The position numbers and the translations under genes are program-made. DNA of 64,000 bases from the NCBI GenBank assembly GCA_036172245.1, contig JAYWIR010000031.1, forward strand, positions 558,001 to 622,000, read 5' to 3'. The DNA is from Raillietiella orientalis (taxonomy: Eukaryota). Shown here piece by piece: positions 12,201 through 26,400 of this stretch. Below the pieces are notes generated by a model, which saw only the letters and a program-made list of their open reading frames with translations, was not told where the DNA came from and ran no database searches. Each line of letters starts with the position of its first letter. The stretch's first letter is position 1.

Positions 12201-15200
12201 TTGAACTGACGATGAGTAACTCCAGAACGTAAAGCTTTTTATTGTTTTCCCAGGAGATGGTCTTCGTATCAGTCATTCTTTCACATAAGCACTATTTCTT
12301 CGTTTACGCGAGACTCAGAACCATCTTTTCTCGCTTGCCAGGTACTTAACTCGACTTGACTCAACTTTGTTTAACATCTGCATCTGTGATCAGTGAAGAA
12401 AAGGACGCGAGACGAACTTTCTTTGCCTTTTCTACGAAGAGCGGCTCTTTCAAGCAGAGGATTTTTTTTTGCTGCTTACCCGGATATATCCGTTGGTATG
12501 AGTATAATCCACATTTCTGCATAAAGATTCCGAAAGGATGTGATGATACTTATTCGTGATCTCTCTAAATGGTCCATGTGCATACAGTTGCCTCACTTTA
12601 ATGCCATGAAAAAACGTGATCAGAGTTTTAAAGGAAAGCATTTTCTTCACCTCGCTCTTCATGCATTATTCTGGGTTAAGATGTCCATGATCTTGGAAAA
12701 GCTAGAGGCGAACTAGAGCTCTACTGAACGGGTTGAGAGAGAGAAACTGCCCTCCATTTAATGCTTCCCCTTCGAAGTAGCAGTTGCGAGGATCTACACA
12801 TTCAAACCTAAATGATGGATGCTCGGAGTTTGGAGTTACTCTGCATAACTCGAGAGACTGTTCTTCGAGGTTAACTGAGGTCACTGAAAATAATTTTTGA
12901 ACACTCCCAGTTAATTTTCTCGTCATTTCCTTGAAGTGTTTCATAAAAAGGTTTAGCTGATAGCTGCCAATCAACAGCCTTGCTCTGCCTGATATCTGAG
13001 GCATTCGGACACAAGAAAGACCTTCTTTTCATGGACGCGCAGTTATAGTTGCTGACCAGACAGAGTCAATTACTGGTTGGGATTCCATTTTTCTGTGCAG
13101 TGATGTCCATTCTTCTCTGCTTTGCACCCGCATCGGTGAACCCACTATTTTCTCCGAAATGCAAGATAAGGGTGCCGTAAGAACACGAATTTTGAAGATG
13201 TTCATAATCCGCTCGTTCCTCCCTCACTTCATTTTTCTTGATTTCTCATCAAAGTTGGTTTTCTCGAAAAATCACAAGAGTTTATCATAACAAACAGTAG
13301 GATTTTCATCAAGCCTCCATATCGATTTAGCTCCATGGTTTGGGGCGAAGAAATGATGAAATCTCCATTTAAATTCTTAATCTGACCTTTACTTCATCCT
13401 GCGCCTGCAAATGGTAAGTTACATTATATAGGACATCAGCATTTGCTACTTCAGCAGTTTATCGTGGAATAACAATTCTGAGGTATGTATAAGACCAACA
13501 AAATGAATTCAGGATAATGGGAGATACAAACGCAGATGCCTCCAGGTTACAGCTACACTCGCATTTCAGAGAAGCTTTGCAAATGCTGCAAAAGATTGCA
13601 TCCCATTTCTTTCCACGTGTGAGTACCCTCCCGGTTTCATGATCGTCTCCTGTTCGACTGTGCCCTGGAATACCTGCAAAAAGACCTCTGCTTTCCAATT
13701 TTGTTCCTTCACCTCATTCCTTTGAATGTGTCCTTTTCTTCTGATAACGTCATGGATGCACCAACTGATGGTGGTGTCTTAAATACTCCCAAATAATGTC
13801 ATTAATCTATCATATGCGCTCGCATGCATGGTCTTCCAAGGAGATTCTCATGGTGCAGTGCTTGAGGCAATCAAAAGATCAAGCACACAGTGGAAAGACT
13901 GCTTGTGCACTTCTGTAATTCCTTGCACTGCCGTTTCTTGAAGTTTCAGTTCGGAGGCCGACTCTGGCGACTGCAAAATTTCCTAGGATTTACACTAGAA
14001 ATCAACCTGACCCAGAATACAACATATGGACATCATTGCACGCTATGATAAGGTTTTAAAATGCCTGTTGCCGTCTATGAAGATCTACTAAATTAGTTAT
14101 AGAGTTCTCTATGAGAAGGAATTCGTTGAAAATAGGTGCCCCCGTCAAACGGCGAGTACTTAACAAAACAGAAACAAAAAGAGGAATGTTTGTGCGTGCC
14201 ACCCAACACGCTCCACTTTAATGGATTCCCTTTGAAACTCTCTTTCGGACTGCTTGCAGCCGCGTTGCTGCGTCTTTTGCATCTTAAAAATGATCGGAAA
14301 CGAATGAGATCAGTAATCATATTCCTCCTACCCTACGAAGAGGTGCACGTGTCGTCTGACCATTCTGTCCATAATCCATGTGATTGGTTCGGTTGGTTGG
14401 TCCTTTGGCTGCTGTCGAGCCGAGTTGAGTTCACAGTGATGGATCGAAGAAGCAAACTGTTCCCAACTTGGGAAAGCTCATTTGGAAGTTCCATTTGAAA
14501 AGCAAACTGTATAATGGGTTGCTTACAAATTGCACTCTGACATTTCGTTTCCGTGGTGAGCATTTCCAATCGTGGGTTGCGGATGAATAATAATGATAAT
14601 AATATATATATACATATATTCTCCTCCCCATTTGGACTCATCTCGCTGGTTTTGCCCCGATCTCAACGGAATCATTTCATTGTAATGCTAAACAGAACAA
14701 ACCTCTCCTTACTTTAACGCGTGTTTTGTTCGCATGCATCACAGGCCGGAACTAAAGCTTTAAAGCAATTTGCCCAACAGCTCACACATAACGTAATGGA
14801 ACTAAGAAAGGGTAATGGAAACCCGGCAAAAACTCTTTAAGACATTTTAATTAAAATAAATCTACGATTACAGCGACCGTGATGGATGCTCTGGTCTTTT
14901 GAAACTTGTGAGAAGTAACTGTAATTTGGTTCTGGCGAACAAAAGGCTTCGTACGCATAAAGTGGATGTTGGTTTTCAACTTTGAATATCCTTCAGCTTG
15001 AAAAATACTGTGCGCTTCAGCGTGAAGGTTTCACCCGGTTATGGTGCTTTCTAATTAGCAGTTAAGTGTGATTACTTTGACACGTCGGAAGGATGATATT
15101 GACCCGAGTCAAGAGTTTTCCTTCTCAATCTTCCGTCTGCGTTCTGGAGCCTTGGAATATTCACAAGGGAAGAAACTAAAGATTTCCCGATAACTGCTTT

Positions 15201-17289
15201 CTTTTTTCCTTGTTAGACTGTTTTATCTCCGAAAGCAGTGCGTATAATGAGTGTACCAGCCCGTTATGCCCAGCGCCCTCTAGGCTTTTTTTTTGGACTA
15301 TGCCGAAAGTTTAGAAAGGATTCGTGTCAAATCATCATCATACGTAAAGCGCATGCGCCTTGTGGAATCTTCAATTTTCAACGCTCTCCGTGAAGATACT
15401 TATCAAGGAAGACGTGATCAAGGTGGCTTATCAAGACATGCCTAAGATTCTTTGAGGAATACGCGCAATCTCCTCTGCATTTATGTGCTGAAGAACGTTT
15501 GGGAAAAGCCGGTAGTGCCTCGTTGGTCCAGGGCAAAATCAGTTTCTCCTGAATGAGATCAGGGGATTCCGAAATAATTTTCTATCTGATGTCGTAGGAA
15601 CTCGCTGCTTAGCGCGAAGAACGCAAGAGGAGGTTCCGGATGCAGACATACGAAGATCCGCAGCTGTTTGCACACTGTTGTAAGTTATTCATTATCTCTG
15701 TTTGCATACTGCCTAGGTGTAACGGGAGCGAAGTCCAGGTTTGGTGCAAGGAAACATTCCTTGCACCTTTCGGCGTTGGGATTCCTGAAGCTCTAGCCAT
15801 CTCCTGGAAATGCCCTTGATAGATTTCAGTGTCCTGCATGCCCTGTAATTGGAATAATTGCGATCCATATAATGGACCCGTTTCCAAGGAGTTACCGTGC
15901 TCTTCCAGCCACGACCGCGAAGGGCAGCTTTGATACCGATACTGCTGCCTGCTCATTTTCAATTACTCATCTTCTGAAGCAGCGTGAAGAAGCCGAAAGA
16001 TTCCTCACTTTTAGCTAGCGCACGTCAGATCAGGGTAGCAAATGACATCCGGGATTTGGTAGGCGGATGCAGCTTCCGAAATTGAAATCCGTTGGAAGAA
16101 TGCACGGGGTTTGGGAAACGTAGCAAGAGGCTCCTCTGAGAAAAAGAGAAAACCAAGCGTTCCCTGACAAGGGAAGCTGGGCTGGAAATTGAGTTGCTAC
16201 AAAACCGAATTGAGTGGAAATAGGTCGGGAAAAACGACCTATTTCCACTCAAGGATTTGAGACTCTTACTGAAGTGCAAGAAAAGAAACCATCTGTTGCA
16301 CACGAATACGGAAAAAATGAAAAATGAAAAAAAAAACGAAAATCGGCTCGTGCATCGATCCGAATCTGAAATCCTGGAGAGCTCGAAGAATTCTTGTTCC
16401 CAAAACAGTTTCGAAAGGGCGAGGTTTTCCGGCAAGCACCCTTTCTTTCGCCGTGGGGTGGGCTGGACACCCGAAGATGGAGGCTTTCGAAAAAGTCGAA
16501 AAGTTTGGAGTCAACAGCCAGGATGCAGCCAAGAGGAAGACGAGCAAGCACTGTGCAGGCGAAAGGGAAACCCTGAGCGCTTTCAACAGGATCTCGTCAA
16601 GGTCCATACAGCTCGCCGCCTGTCGAAAAGATGATGACTTTTCAAACAGATTTCCGAAAACGACAAGGAATCCTCAGCAACATCTTTGCTTCTTTCATCC
16701 TCTTCCTGCTATTTCGGCTTCTGGATTTTTCCCCAGCATATCATATGCTTTTCCCCCGTGCTTCCAGATTTCCATCCCGTTTATGGTTGCTTCCTAATCT
16801 TTATTTGTTGCAGACAGAGGGATCATGTCCTTCAGCTTCCGAATTCGACTTCCTAATCTTCCCCACAGGAAAGCGCTGAAAGCATCTGCCTTGGAAAAAG
16901 GGGGAAGAGAGAAAGAACTTGCGTCACTCTGATCCTTTCTCGAGAAGGCTGATTATAAATTCCGAATTCCACATCCTAAAATAAGGACATGAGTAATTAA
17001 GGATAAAAGGCCATTCCTAAATGGTTCCTCCATAGTCAGCTGGGTCTGTCCAAGGAAACGACGCCCCAAATCCTGTTAAGCAACGGAGATGGTGAAAATG
17101 AAACAAAAAATTCTTCTCGTTAACTACAAGCTCGTACTTCGTGCTGAGGAAGAAAAGATGTAAGGTCGGAGTTCGTTTTAGATACGTATCAAAGAAAGCA
17201 GGTTCCAGTTCCCGTTACATTTCTCAGGGATCGTGAAGGTCACCTTAATCTAGCGAGGGGCCACTAGACTATCGTAAAAATGATAGAAA

Positions 17290-18250
17290 CCGCGTTGCCA
17301 GATAATGCCGAGGTTCCCTTGAAACTCCATCCATGCCTGCTGTCCCTTTGATGGTCCATTGGAGGCGGAACTCGCCTCTAGAAGATGAGTTAGAATGTTC
17401 GTCTTCTTCACTGCTTTTCTCTTCACCCCTTCAGCCCCCTCTCCCGTCATCGTTTCCTCTTTTTTTTTTTTTTGTTTCCTTAATCATACTGTCATGAGCG
17501 ATGCCTCTTCGGAACGACACCAGAAGTAATAGAACCGAGCAGCAGGTAATCGTGCGTTTCTTTTTTTTACTGTCAGAAGGAAGGCGCGCGTTGGTGAACC
17601 CATCAAGATGATTTCTCGCTGCTTCTAGCTGCATTAGTAAAGAATCGCTGTGCAAATCCAAGGGAGTTTTGATCGCAGGTTCGAATCTGATTTTCCCGGG
17701 ATGCACGGCACTCATCGAGATGAGAGCAGCGCTGGTTCCTCACAGACGCCAGACTCGTTTGGAAAGCCACAGTGTCTCAACTACCGCTGTGGATGCGATT
17801 TTCTTGTTACCTGAAGGCGCCTTCCGATGCTGAGGAACGTATCGAGTTGTGGGCGAATTCTAAATCTAAAACTCGTTGGGGACTGATGTGAAAGCTGCCG
17901 ATATAAAGAAAATCCATGCTGAGGGCGATGGTTTATAGGATCTTTATTTATTACTGCAATGCAATAATCCATTCTTGGTGGCAGTCTCTGGAAGAAGGAG
18001 CTGGACACCGATTTGGTGTTGAAAAGATATGCCATTCGAATGCGATAGGGACTGTTACCAGCGATTTCTTCGGAAACGGTCTCTTTGAGACGTTGAGGAG
18101 CAGCATGTGAGAATGCGCATCGACCAGAGGTTTAGAAATGCCCCGAACGTTACGAGACGCGAAAAATTCACCAAGGGTCCAACATCTTTTGCCGATGGCA
18201 TTCTTCAAAGGATTCTTCAATGGATTCGGTGATTTATCTCCCATAAGACG
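17290..18250 (-). pseudogene. Degenerate leucine-rich-repeat protein gene (typical LRR with possible LRRCT cap)
   Basis: The minus strand reads RVLDLEFAHNSIRSSASEGAF followed by a GTAAC donor (~17810), then LMQLEAARNHLDGF, TNILTHLLEASS and MEFQGNLG. These resemble LxLxxNxIxxIxxGAF repeats and a LxGNP cap. There are stops and frameshifts. Confidence 0.45.
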
Positions 18251-20683
18251 CTGGTGATAACTTTGTGTGGAAAAATTTCCAGATTAGTCCACAGCTTCAG
18301 AGAAAATCGTTCAATTTGGAGCATTGGATTTTTCCAATTTTTATTGCGAGATCGGTGCATGCATCTCGGAGTTTTTTTACTGTACGGTCAGGCACACCTC
18401 TTGGAAGCCATCTTTCATCTTTCTTTTCATTTCATCTTTTTAAAAAAAGAAAAAAATTGCTTCTCTCATTTGACTCGTTCATTTTGCTCCCCTCAATTTT
18501 TTTTTTTTTGGCTCTTTTCGAAAGATATGCACCAGAAGTATTTCTACTCCCCAAGTTCTGTGTGAACCTGCAAGAAATCTACTCCCTCTGGAAGTTGGGA
18601 CACATCTCAGAGGAAGTAGATTGGGGAATTTAGAATCTTTTTCCGGAGTGCCCTATGATTTGGGAACAGTTTTGCTTATACTGTATGAGCATATACTGTA
18701 TATGTACGAGTCCTCATTACTGAGTCCTCAACGTTGTGCTATTCGTACTAAAATAGTTAGTCATTCCATTCATGAATTGAGGGGATTTTCACTCGAAGAA
18801 AATTTTTTGAGTTCTTTTACAGAAAGTGTTTATCGGAACGCAGAAAAACTCGAAACTGGGAGTACTTTTTCTTAGAGGATAGTCGCATCTCACTGAGAGT
18901 TTTCCGTTTCAGGTATTCAGGAGGTGCTCCAACGCATTCTTATCTTCTACGGAAGGCAAATTATCTAAACCATATGACCTCACTATTTTTTCTCAGGTAT
19001 CTTGCTCACTGGAGAGGTACTTCAACAAGATGGGATCAACGCTTTCCGCCACTTTCCCACCGAATTCGATGCTCTGATGCTCAACTCTCCTCATGCACAT
19101 TCCACCTCAATGCAGGTATCCAATGGATACCTTTCACGGTAGACATATGCTGGAGAATCACTTAATTGCCTTGATATTACTTTTCATCTGATGAGGCAAG
19201 CCACCTCTTGGGCCAAAGAGTACCTATTACGGGCCATTCAAAGAAGTCATTTATAAGAAAATATTTCCAAAGTACGAGAATTTAAAAGCATATCCATTCA
19301 TTGGCATTTTGATATCATTCATAAGAAAACAAATCATTAGGAATATCAACTTCGAAATGTATTGTTATTATAGAAGCGGTCGTAACTCATCAAGTACCAT
19401 TCCTAGTTCTATCAGAGGATGAAACATTCCTCATCCATCAAAGCCACAGAAGAATCAATTTGGGGACGCTACCGCACTGTACTGTGAAATAAAAGTGAAG
19501 GATTGATGCAAACGATGCCACTTTCATTTTATTTGCATTGTGAATGTTCACCGTGCTTTTTTTTTTTTTTTTTTTTAAAGAGAATGAGAATCCATCCAAT
19601 AATCTAGAAGTGAAAAACTTTGGCTTCAGACGTCCAAACATGGTATGGTCTTCATGCCTGAATCGAGACTCGAAAAAAAGAAAAAAAAAAGAAAATGTGT
19701 CACAGAGATGTCTTTGTGTTCATTCTTACGTATCTTTGCTTACTTGCCAAATGCTTGACTTATTTATTGCTGGTTGCAGCTCCAAGAAACCACCGACAGA
19801 AGAATCAAAGCAGGAATCAAATGAAATTCTTCCAAAAGTGCAGCATGGCACCAGGCTCGTTTTTGGAGGGGGCGAATATTTGCAGCCTGCCTGATTAAAC
19901 ACGAAAGAGCTGATGAAGAAATTGGGAAGCAAAGAAAAGAGGAAGTCAACTTGAAAGAGCAGTGAGGTAATGGAAGGACTTTCACTGCTCGACGACAAAG
20001 CAAAGCCAAAGAAAAAAAGGAAAACCGATTTAAAACCAAAAAAAAAAAAAACAGTCCGTAATTTTCCGATGGGCGATCTTTCTTTTTTCTTCCTCTCTCC
20101 TGAGCTCTTAAAAAAAAAACACCGCTGCCTGTTGAAATTGCCGTGGGTGGAAAATTCGTTTTCCCATGCTAAAGTTCCGAAGCATTTCATTGGAGTGCCC
20201 GTGAATTTTTGCTGCGCCGTTACACTTAACAAGTGGCTGTTCCCTGGACATGAATGAACAAGAAGAATGTATCAAGAACATTCGAAGGCACGTGATCCAC
20301 ACTTGATCCTCAAGCTGACCGAATGATGATGTTTCACAACTGAAAATCCAAACTCGTGTGCTTGCTGCAAGTTTGTAGGGCTCAGTTTGGTTTGGCTGCC
20401 CCGCGCACGAAGAGGGGCAGTGACAGTAGGAGTGACCGTTCAACAAGAACAACGCCTGCGTGATTGTGTACTATTACGACCACCAAAGGGCTTCGTTTCC
20501 GCATCTCCTGCTGACTTTCCCACCGTCGACTTTACTCGCCCGATTCGTTGCGCAAAGTTCCAGAATACTCTTCAGCTGGGGTTTCAGGATGATATTGCGG
20601 GTATGCCTTTCAGCTCGTTCTCCTTCGATGATCATCTAAATTCTCGAAAAGGACCCTCACTCATCTGATCCCTCATCCTTCTT

Positions 20684-21310
20684 AGGATGATGGAAATCCT
20701 TCTTTTCTGTCTTCGCAGTTCCTCGACACAATCCGGAAGGAAATCCTCCTTCCTTATTCTCTCCGAAGAGACCCTCGGAGGGGTCCGCTCCAGTTTTTCT
20801 TCTCTGAAGGGACCCTGGATAGGATCCGCTCCTGAAATTTCTTCTCCGGAAGGATCCTCCTCAAGGGATCCGCTCCTGTTTTTACTCCTCTAAAGAGAAT
20901 CCAGAAGGAGACGTTTCCGAAATTCAGAAGGATGCAGCTTCCCCGAAGGGATCGGCTCGCTTCTCTGAACTCTCTGGAGAGGTGGTGGCGACACACCTAC
21001 TCCATCAGTACAACGCGGAGGAGTCCTTCACAACCTGAGGGGAGCTCCCACGCCGTGATTCCTGGAAGGACTCGGAGGTCGACTCCCATTTGTTCCGGCC
21101 ATAATCGGGGGGCATTTGGTTTCAAACGCTACCAGTGCCGCACCCGGATCAATGTAGGCCAACCAGCGTCATCTTGTGGGGTGAACTCGGAGTCCACGAC
21201 GTGCTGCGTCGATTCCTTTGGAGTCTGTTCCTTCGAACCCATGACGCATGGTGCCATGCGCTGAGACCACCGTAATCACATGGCCTCCGACGCGGGCAAC
21301 TCCATCTGCC
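20684..21310. repeat. Interspersed non-coding repeat, copy A (empty allele, no LINE insertion)
   Basis: Aligns by eye with 42258-43690 (same orientation) and 31825-33525 (inverted). It shares the AGGATGATGGAAA start, the hairpin-rich minisatellite, CTCTGGAGAG, the ACCAGTGCCGCACCCG site (21131-21146) and the TGTAGG...CGTCATCTTG...TCCACGACG...TTCGAACCC...TGGTGCCA block. Confidence 0.82.
20757..20924. repeat. ~42-bp degenerate tandem minisatellite (about 4 units) inside the interspersed repeat
   Basis: TCCGCTCC recurs at 20784, 20825 and 20869. The units resemble TTCTCTCCGAAGAGACCCTCGGAGGGGTCCGCTCCAGTTT. Equivalent units are present at ~42530-42700 and, inverted, at ~33090-33270. Confidence 0.75.
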
Positions 21311-21559
21311 AATGCGATTGCATCTTTGCGGGCAATCTCCCTCCTTACTAACGTCGTCAAGGTTTCCGGATTTCCTGATTTCCCACCGTTCGCCCATTTC
21401 GAGAATTCTTTAATTTTCTCGTTTTTCTCGATCACAACCATCTGCTCTTCTCATCTCTGAAAGTGTCTCATTTGGACAGTTTTGCGATGTTAGGAACACG
21501 GGTGCCGATTTCATTGAGGACTCTGTTTCATTACAGGATGGAACTGCTTCGAGTCACTG

Positions 21560-23420
21560 CCATCCTTCAAGAAACGCAGATTTGTTTTTCTCTTCTGGAG
21601 ATCCACCAGTGAGGTATCTTTCTAACTATCTCTAGAGTGAAACGAGGTCCTGCCTCGAAGAGTAGAGCTTGTCTTCGAAGGCTGCCCAACTGTTCTTGCC
21701 ATGTTTGAATAGCTCGTTCACCTGGTTCGGTTTGAAACAAGATTTGCAAGAACGATGGAGGGCAGGTTTGGGGTAGGATTTATTCCGTTTCTTTGATGTG
21801 CACGTTCATTGACAGAACTGGAGGCAGTCTACTTTATGAGCTTCGAGGAAACGTCGCGATAAAAAACCGTGGCAACTGAAGTTTCTTGGAACAGGATGCC
21901 TCTTTTAGGTTTTCAGATGGAAAATTTAGTAGTTACGTGTTTCATGTTAATAATGTCCCAAAAGAAGACCTTCGGACGTGATCTAGAGCTTTCTAAGGTT
22001 ATCTAGAACTTCCACTTTGAGAGAAAGAATGGTGAGATGGATGACCTTCATCTGAGGACAGAGGTCGCAAATTTGCTGCGTGTATTTGCGAGTATCTGAA
22101 CCTCCTTCATCACTAGGAAAAAGTAGCAGAATTGCCCTCAGTGCTACGGGAATATGGAAAAAAGACCCGAGAGACCAAACAAGTGGACTTTAATGAGCAG
22201 TTGTACGTTGTGTGTCTACGTCACTATCTCCTTACTACGAAGTGTCGGGTAAACACAACCTTTTTAATGAAGCACGATAGCCCGATCACACTATTTACAT
22301 TGGTTCAAATGATCAATGATCAACGGAACTCGATTCATGGGGCAGGATGCATCAGATGAATCAACAGGTACAGAAAAAACAACAGGCATACCTACCCTTC
22401 TTTCATTTCCCTCTGAGACAGAAAAAAGAGGTAGAGGAACAAGAAAGACGACTGGGTAGAACCCATCGCTTTCAGGAAAAAGTCTAAAAGTTTTCACCCT
22501 CTATTCCCAATGAGCTCTTCCTTGTTGTGATAATACTGGAACCATCTATCCTCTAGACAAAATTTAATGTACCTGTGGCCCATCGTTTTCTGAGCTGTCG
22601 AAGTAGACGCAGACTGCTTACTGCCATCATTACTTTTAGGATCTCTGACAGTATCCGAAGTCTGTCACACTGATCTGAGTGAACCGAAGGATTGTGATTG
22701 CCATGTTGAGACCTTGGGATTCTCGAGACGAGAGAGCAGCCTGCCCTAGACGAAAGGTAAGACGCTAAAAGTTCGCTTTCCCAAGTCCACTTAGGTAAAA
22801 TCGAGGATTCTGAGGAATGGATGCCTGGACCGGGACCTCGGACGCGTTGTCGCAAGAACCATGAAGCTTTGCATAGATAGCCGACTTTGCATTGAGACGC
22901 GCCACATGTCTTCTGAAAAACTCCGTTGACTCTGTGGCCATTTCCGGGGATCGCAAGCGCTCAACAATCTTCAGGAAAAACTGAAAGTTTTCCAGATCTA
23001 TGACGTTATGCGGTAATCAGTCCCGCCGGAAGCAAATATCTGAGAGAAGGAAAACAGTTTGATCTTCAGTATGGTGCAGATGGGCGTGGAGAGGACTTGA
23101 GCTTTTAATCAAAGACATCTCGATCTAGACGGATGTGAAACCGTCAACTGCGCACTTTGAGGATTTCACCCAACGACAGTTTGGAATACAGCAGTGCTCG
23201 CAGCTGCCACCAACACTTCCTGTGAGAGCGATGAATCTCATAATTCTGAAGAGTTCAGAGCCTTATGATCCTGACCACAGGAAGGCTACATGAGAATGCG
23301 TCGGATCAAAACTGACTGATCTATCATTTTTCGGTAGTCCATTCTTGCAACTTTGCTTGTATAGAAAATGTCGTGCGATCCTGGGCATCCCATACAGAAT
23401 TTTAAGCCCCCTTCGAGCGG
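21560..23420 (-). pseudogene. Possible second NACHT-domain relic
   Basis: LKILYGMPRI followed by frameshifted TTFSIQAKLQEW (Walker A-like, ~23390), DQTVFLLSD (Walker B-like, ~23050) and EQLGSLRRQALLF (~21680). The similarity is weak. Confidence 0.3.
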
Positions 23421-26400
23421 ACCCAAAGAGCCAAGTTGCACTCAAGACAGGGAACATCATCCTGGTAAGCAATAGGTTGCAAATGCTTGACTTCTGTTTT
23501 GAAGATCATTAGCTCTCTGGGAAAGATTGCTGACTGAAGACATTACTTTGAAATGAGCATAGGAGCTGGAGACATTCCGGTTCAGGAAATAAAATTCCAA
23601 TGTATCCTTTTCTTTGATCTCAATGCAGGGTGTGACGAGGAGGCAGAGAGTAGGGCATGACACTCTTCCCGAGGTTGTCGCTGGCAAGAAACAAAGAAAT
23701 GTTTCCAGTCCATAGCAGCGAGTGAAGTGAGAAGTTGTTGAAAGAAAGAAAAAGGAGTCTTCCACTAGTGAGAGCTGATTCCCTATTTAAACTACTCCAA
23801 CCATGTTCTTTGTTACCTATTCTTGCTAATCAATCTCTTCTATCGGCCTTCTCTACTATTGGACACCAATATCATTCTCGCTCTTAATAGGGAGAAAACC
23901 ATCGGTAGTTTGCGCAACTTTCGAAGGCCTGAAATTCTGAGAACATCGCTTTGATCATGAGAAGAAAGAGACTGGATCCGTTTTCTAATCCTCAAGGACA
24001 TCTTTCCAAGTGATTCGTCCATCTCTTGTCCTCGAATCGACCCAAACCGTTGAGCTCGTTCTGTCCAAGAAGACGGTTTCTTCTCGAATTTCCGCCTCTG
24101 ATTAATTAGTGGCATCGCTTTTTTCCCCCTAAACATTTATGATCTGTTTGGCCCTGCATAAATTTGGTCTCTGTGTTTATTAAGGCATTTCAGTGTTTAT
24201 CTTCCTGTCACAAAGCTGATAATGACTTTTCTGTTCATCATGGATCACATGTTGCAACCCGCAGTGTTCGGAAATAACGCTTCGGGTCTTTCGAGCAGCT
24301 CTGCTCAGCTGCAGTAGAACCATCCAGCAAGCACGTAGAGGTGGCTGATCAGCCTAAAGGCGCTCTGGGTTTTCCTAAGCCGTCGCGGCTAGGGCAGACT
24401 ATGGTCTAAGGAGGCTTAAGCGACTTTGATTCTCGTCGAATATCAGGAGCCTTTTCCATATCTGTAGCTTGCTGATCACAGAGTTAACATCTCTGATTTT
24501 CCAGATAACCTGGAGTGGAAGTCAAGCACCCGAATGGGCAAGTGGCTAAAAGCCCACGGCCCATACGCACCGAGCAGACCGCTTCCTCAGTAAAAGGATT
24601 CTGAGATCTCATATAAACAGTCGATGTTTAAGGTAAACGAAAACAAATCTTCCAGAGGATGGAATCCCTTTTTTTTTTTTTTTTTGGAGCTTTCTGACAG
24701 ACAACTGCAAACGCCTCCTCCGATAAAAAAAAAAAAATGGGACATCCATTTCTTTGTATTTCTGTCTAGAATAGAAAACCGGATGAGGAATTATTCATGC
24801 ACAGTTCGCGACGAGAACCGTGAAGGTCGACCACCTTCCGTTGCGCTGCTCTTAGAAGCTAAGTGAGGTGGAGTCAAAGAAACGCGCTCATATTACGAGA
24901 CACTTGGATGTCCACTCAGATCCTTAGGTGAGTTTTTTCTTCACTTGTTCACGGGATCGATGTTTTTGCTCTTCTCTCGACGGACTGTCTTCATGGAGGA
25001 GGCCTCACCAGCGACTGCTTCCTTTTAAACAGTGGGTTAATGTAACGTCTGTCGAAGACCTTTACTAGAGACCTGCATCCCAACTTTGCACCTTGGTCTA
25101 TATGTTCTTCTGACTGCCTGGGACGGCTCACCAGAACCTATGAGAACGTGCTGAGGTAGCAGAAGGTGGCGGTACTGTTGCTATAGGAGTAGACTCCGAG
25201 TAAATAATTCTGGACAGGTGACCTTCTAGGATGCGAGAACGAAAGACGAGCTTCATCTGAATCGGATTTGCATCTCGCGGAATTTTGTGGAAATTAGCAA
25301 GAGGAGATCTGGGGCAGACTTTAGGTCGCTCGTAAGCGGGGTATGGAGATTCTCTTCGTGAGCAATGCCATGGCGTTTGGATTTAATCCTTCCCCATTTC
25401 TGAGGAAAAATTGAAGATACATTCCCACTCGTTTTGCGTTAAGGCTGAGCAGGCTGTGACAGCTGTCGCTGTTTGCTTTTGACCGTCCAGACATCACTGT
25501 ACCACACCTCGATTTTAATCGCGAAGCAGTTTCCAAGTGTTGGAAGACAGAAGTGCGTTCGTTTATCGCGTTCATCTATAGTTGGAAGACAGAAGTTCTT
25601 CCGCTTCATATTCATTATGAAACTATGAGACAAGCTCACAGTTTCGTTGCAGCTTCTTCAGCTTCGAAGGCAGTATCGCCATCGCAACCATTTTCTTATG
25701 GATGAAAAGAGGGCTTTGTGATTCCATTAGTTGAGGCATGCTGGAGGCATAAATACATCAATGAAGGGTAGAAGACAAGATAATTTGAACCTCCTTCCTC
25801 TTAATCTAAATCTACGAACTGCATCTCGTCTACCGGAGACTCCTGAACGGACTGCCAAAGCTACTTATCTCTGACCTATCAGTTTTCATTTCTCCATAGG
25901 CACTACAAAAGAGCACGAAAGTTCTCATTTTCCCCATTGAGATCCGCGCTGCGCTTTGCAAACAGATCTCCCTGGTAGAAGATTCCTTTTTTGAATTCAC
26001 TCGACTTTCACATGCACCCGGAGCGCTGAACCAGCAATGATTAAAGGATGAGGTTCACTTTGAACGGAATTAGAAAAATTTATTAAATCTCCTCCTTATG
26101 GCATTAGTGAGTTTTTTTTTTTTTTTACAGTATTGGTTAATCCCTTAGATCCCGAATCGATTGCTTTTTGACAGACAGACTTGTTTGCCTAAAACGAACT
26201 GCTTGATACCTTCTAGCCTGCAAGTATTACATGATGCTTGATCAGTCATTTTGCAGGACATTTTGATGAGAAGGACGAATACTGCAAGTTGTGCAGCTCC
26301 TTAAGGATTTTCCCTTGAGAATGCTGCATTCCAAATGATGCTGCTTGACAATTCTGCGGGCATTCTTAAGGGTTTTGGCTTATTTTTTCTTATGCCAATC

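Noticed and set aside
20757..20924. CRISPR-like spacing of palindromic units
   Set aside because: The units are contiguous degenerate tandem repeats with no unique spacers. There are no cas genes and the context is eukaryotic.
25539..25596. 16-bp direct repeat GTTGGAAGACAGAAGT, 42 bp apart
   Set aside because: Only two copies, so a simple local duplication.
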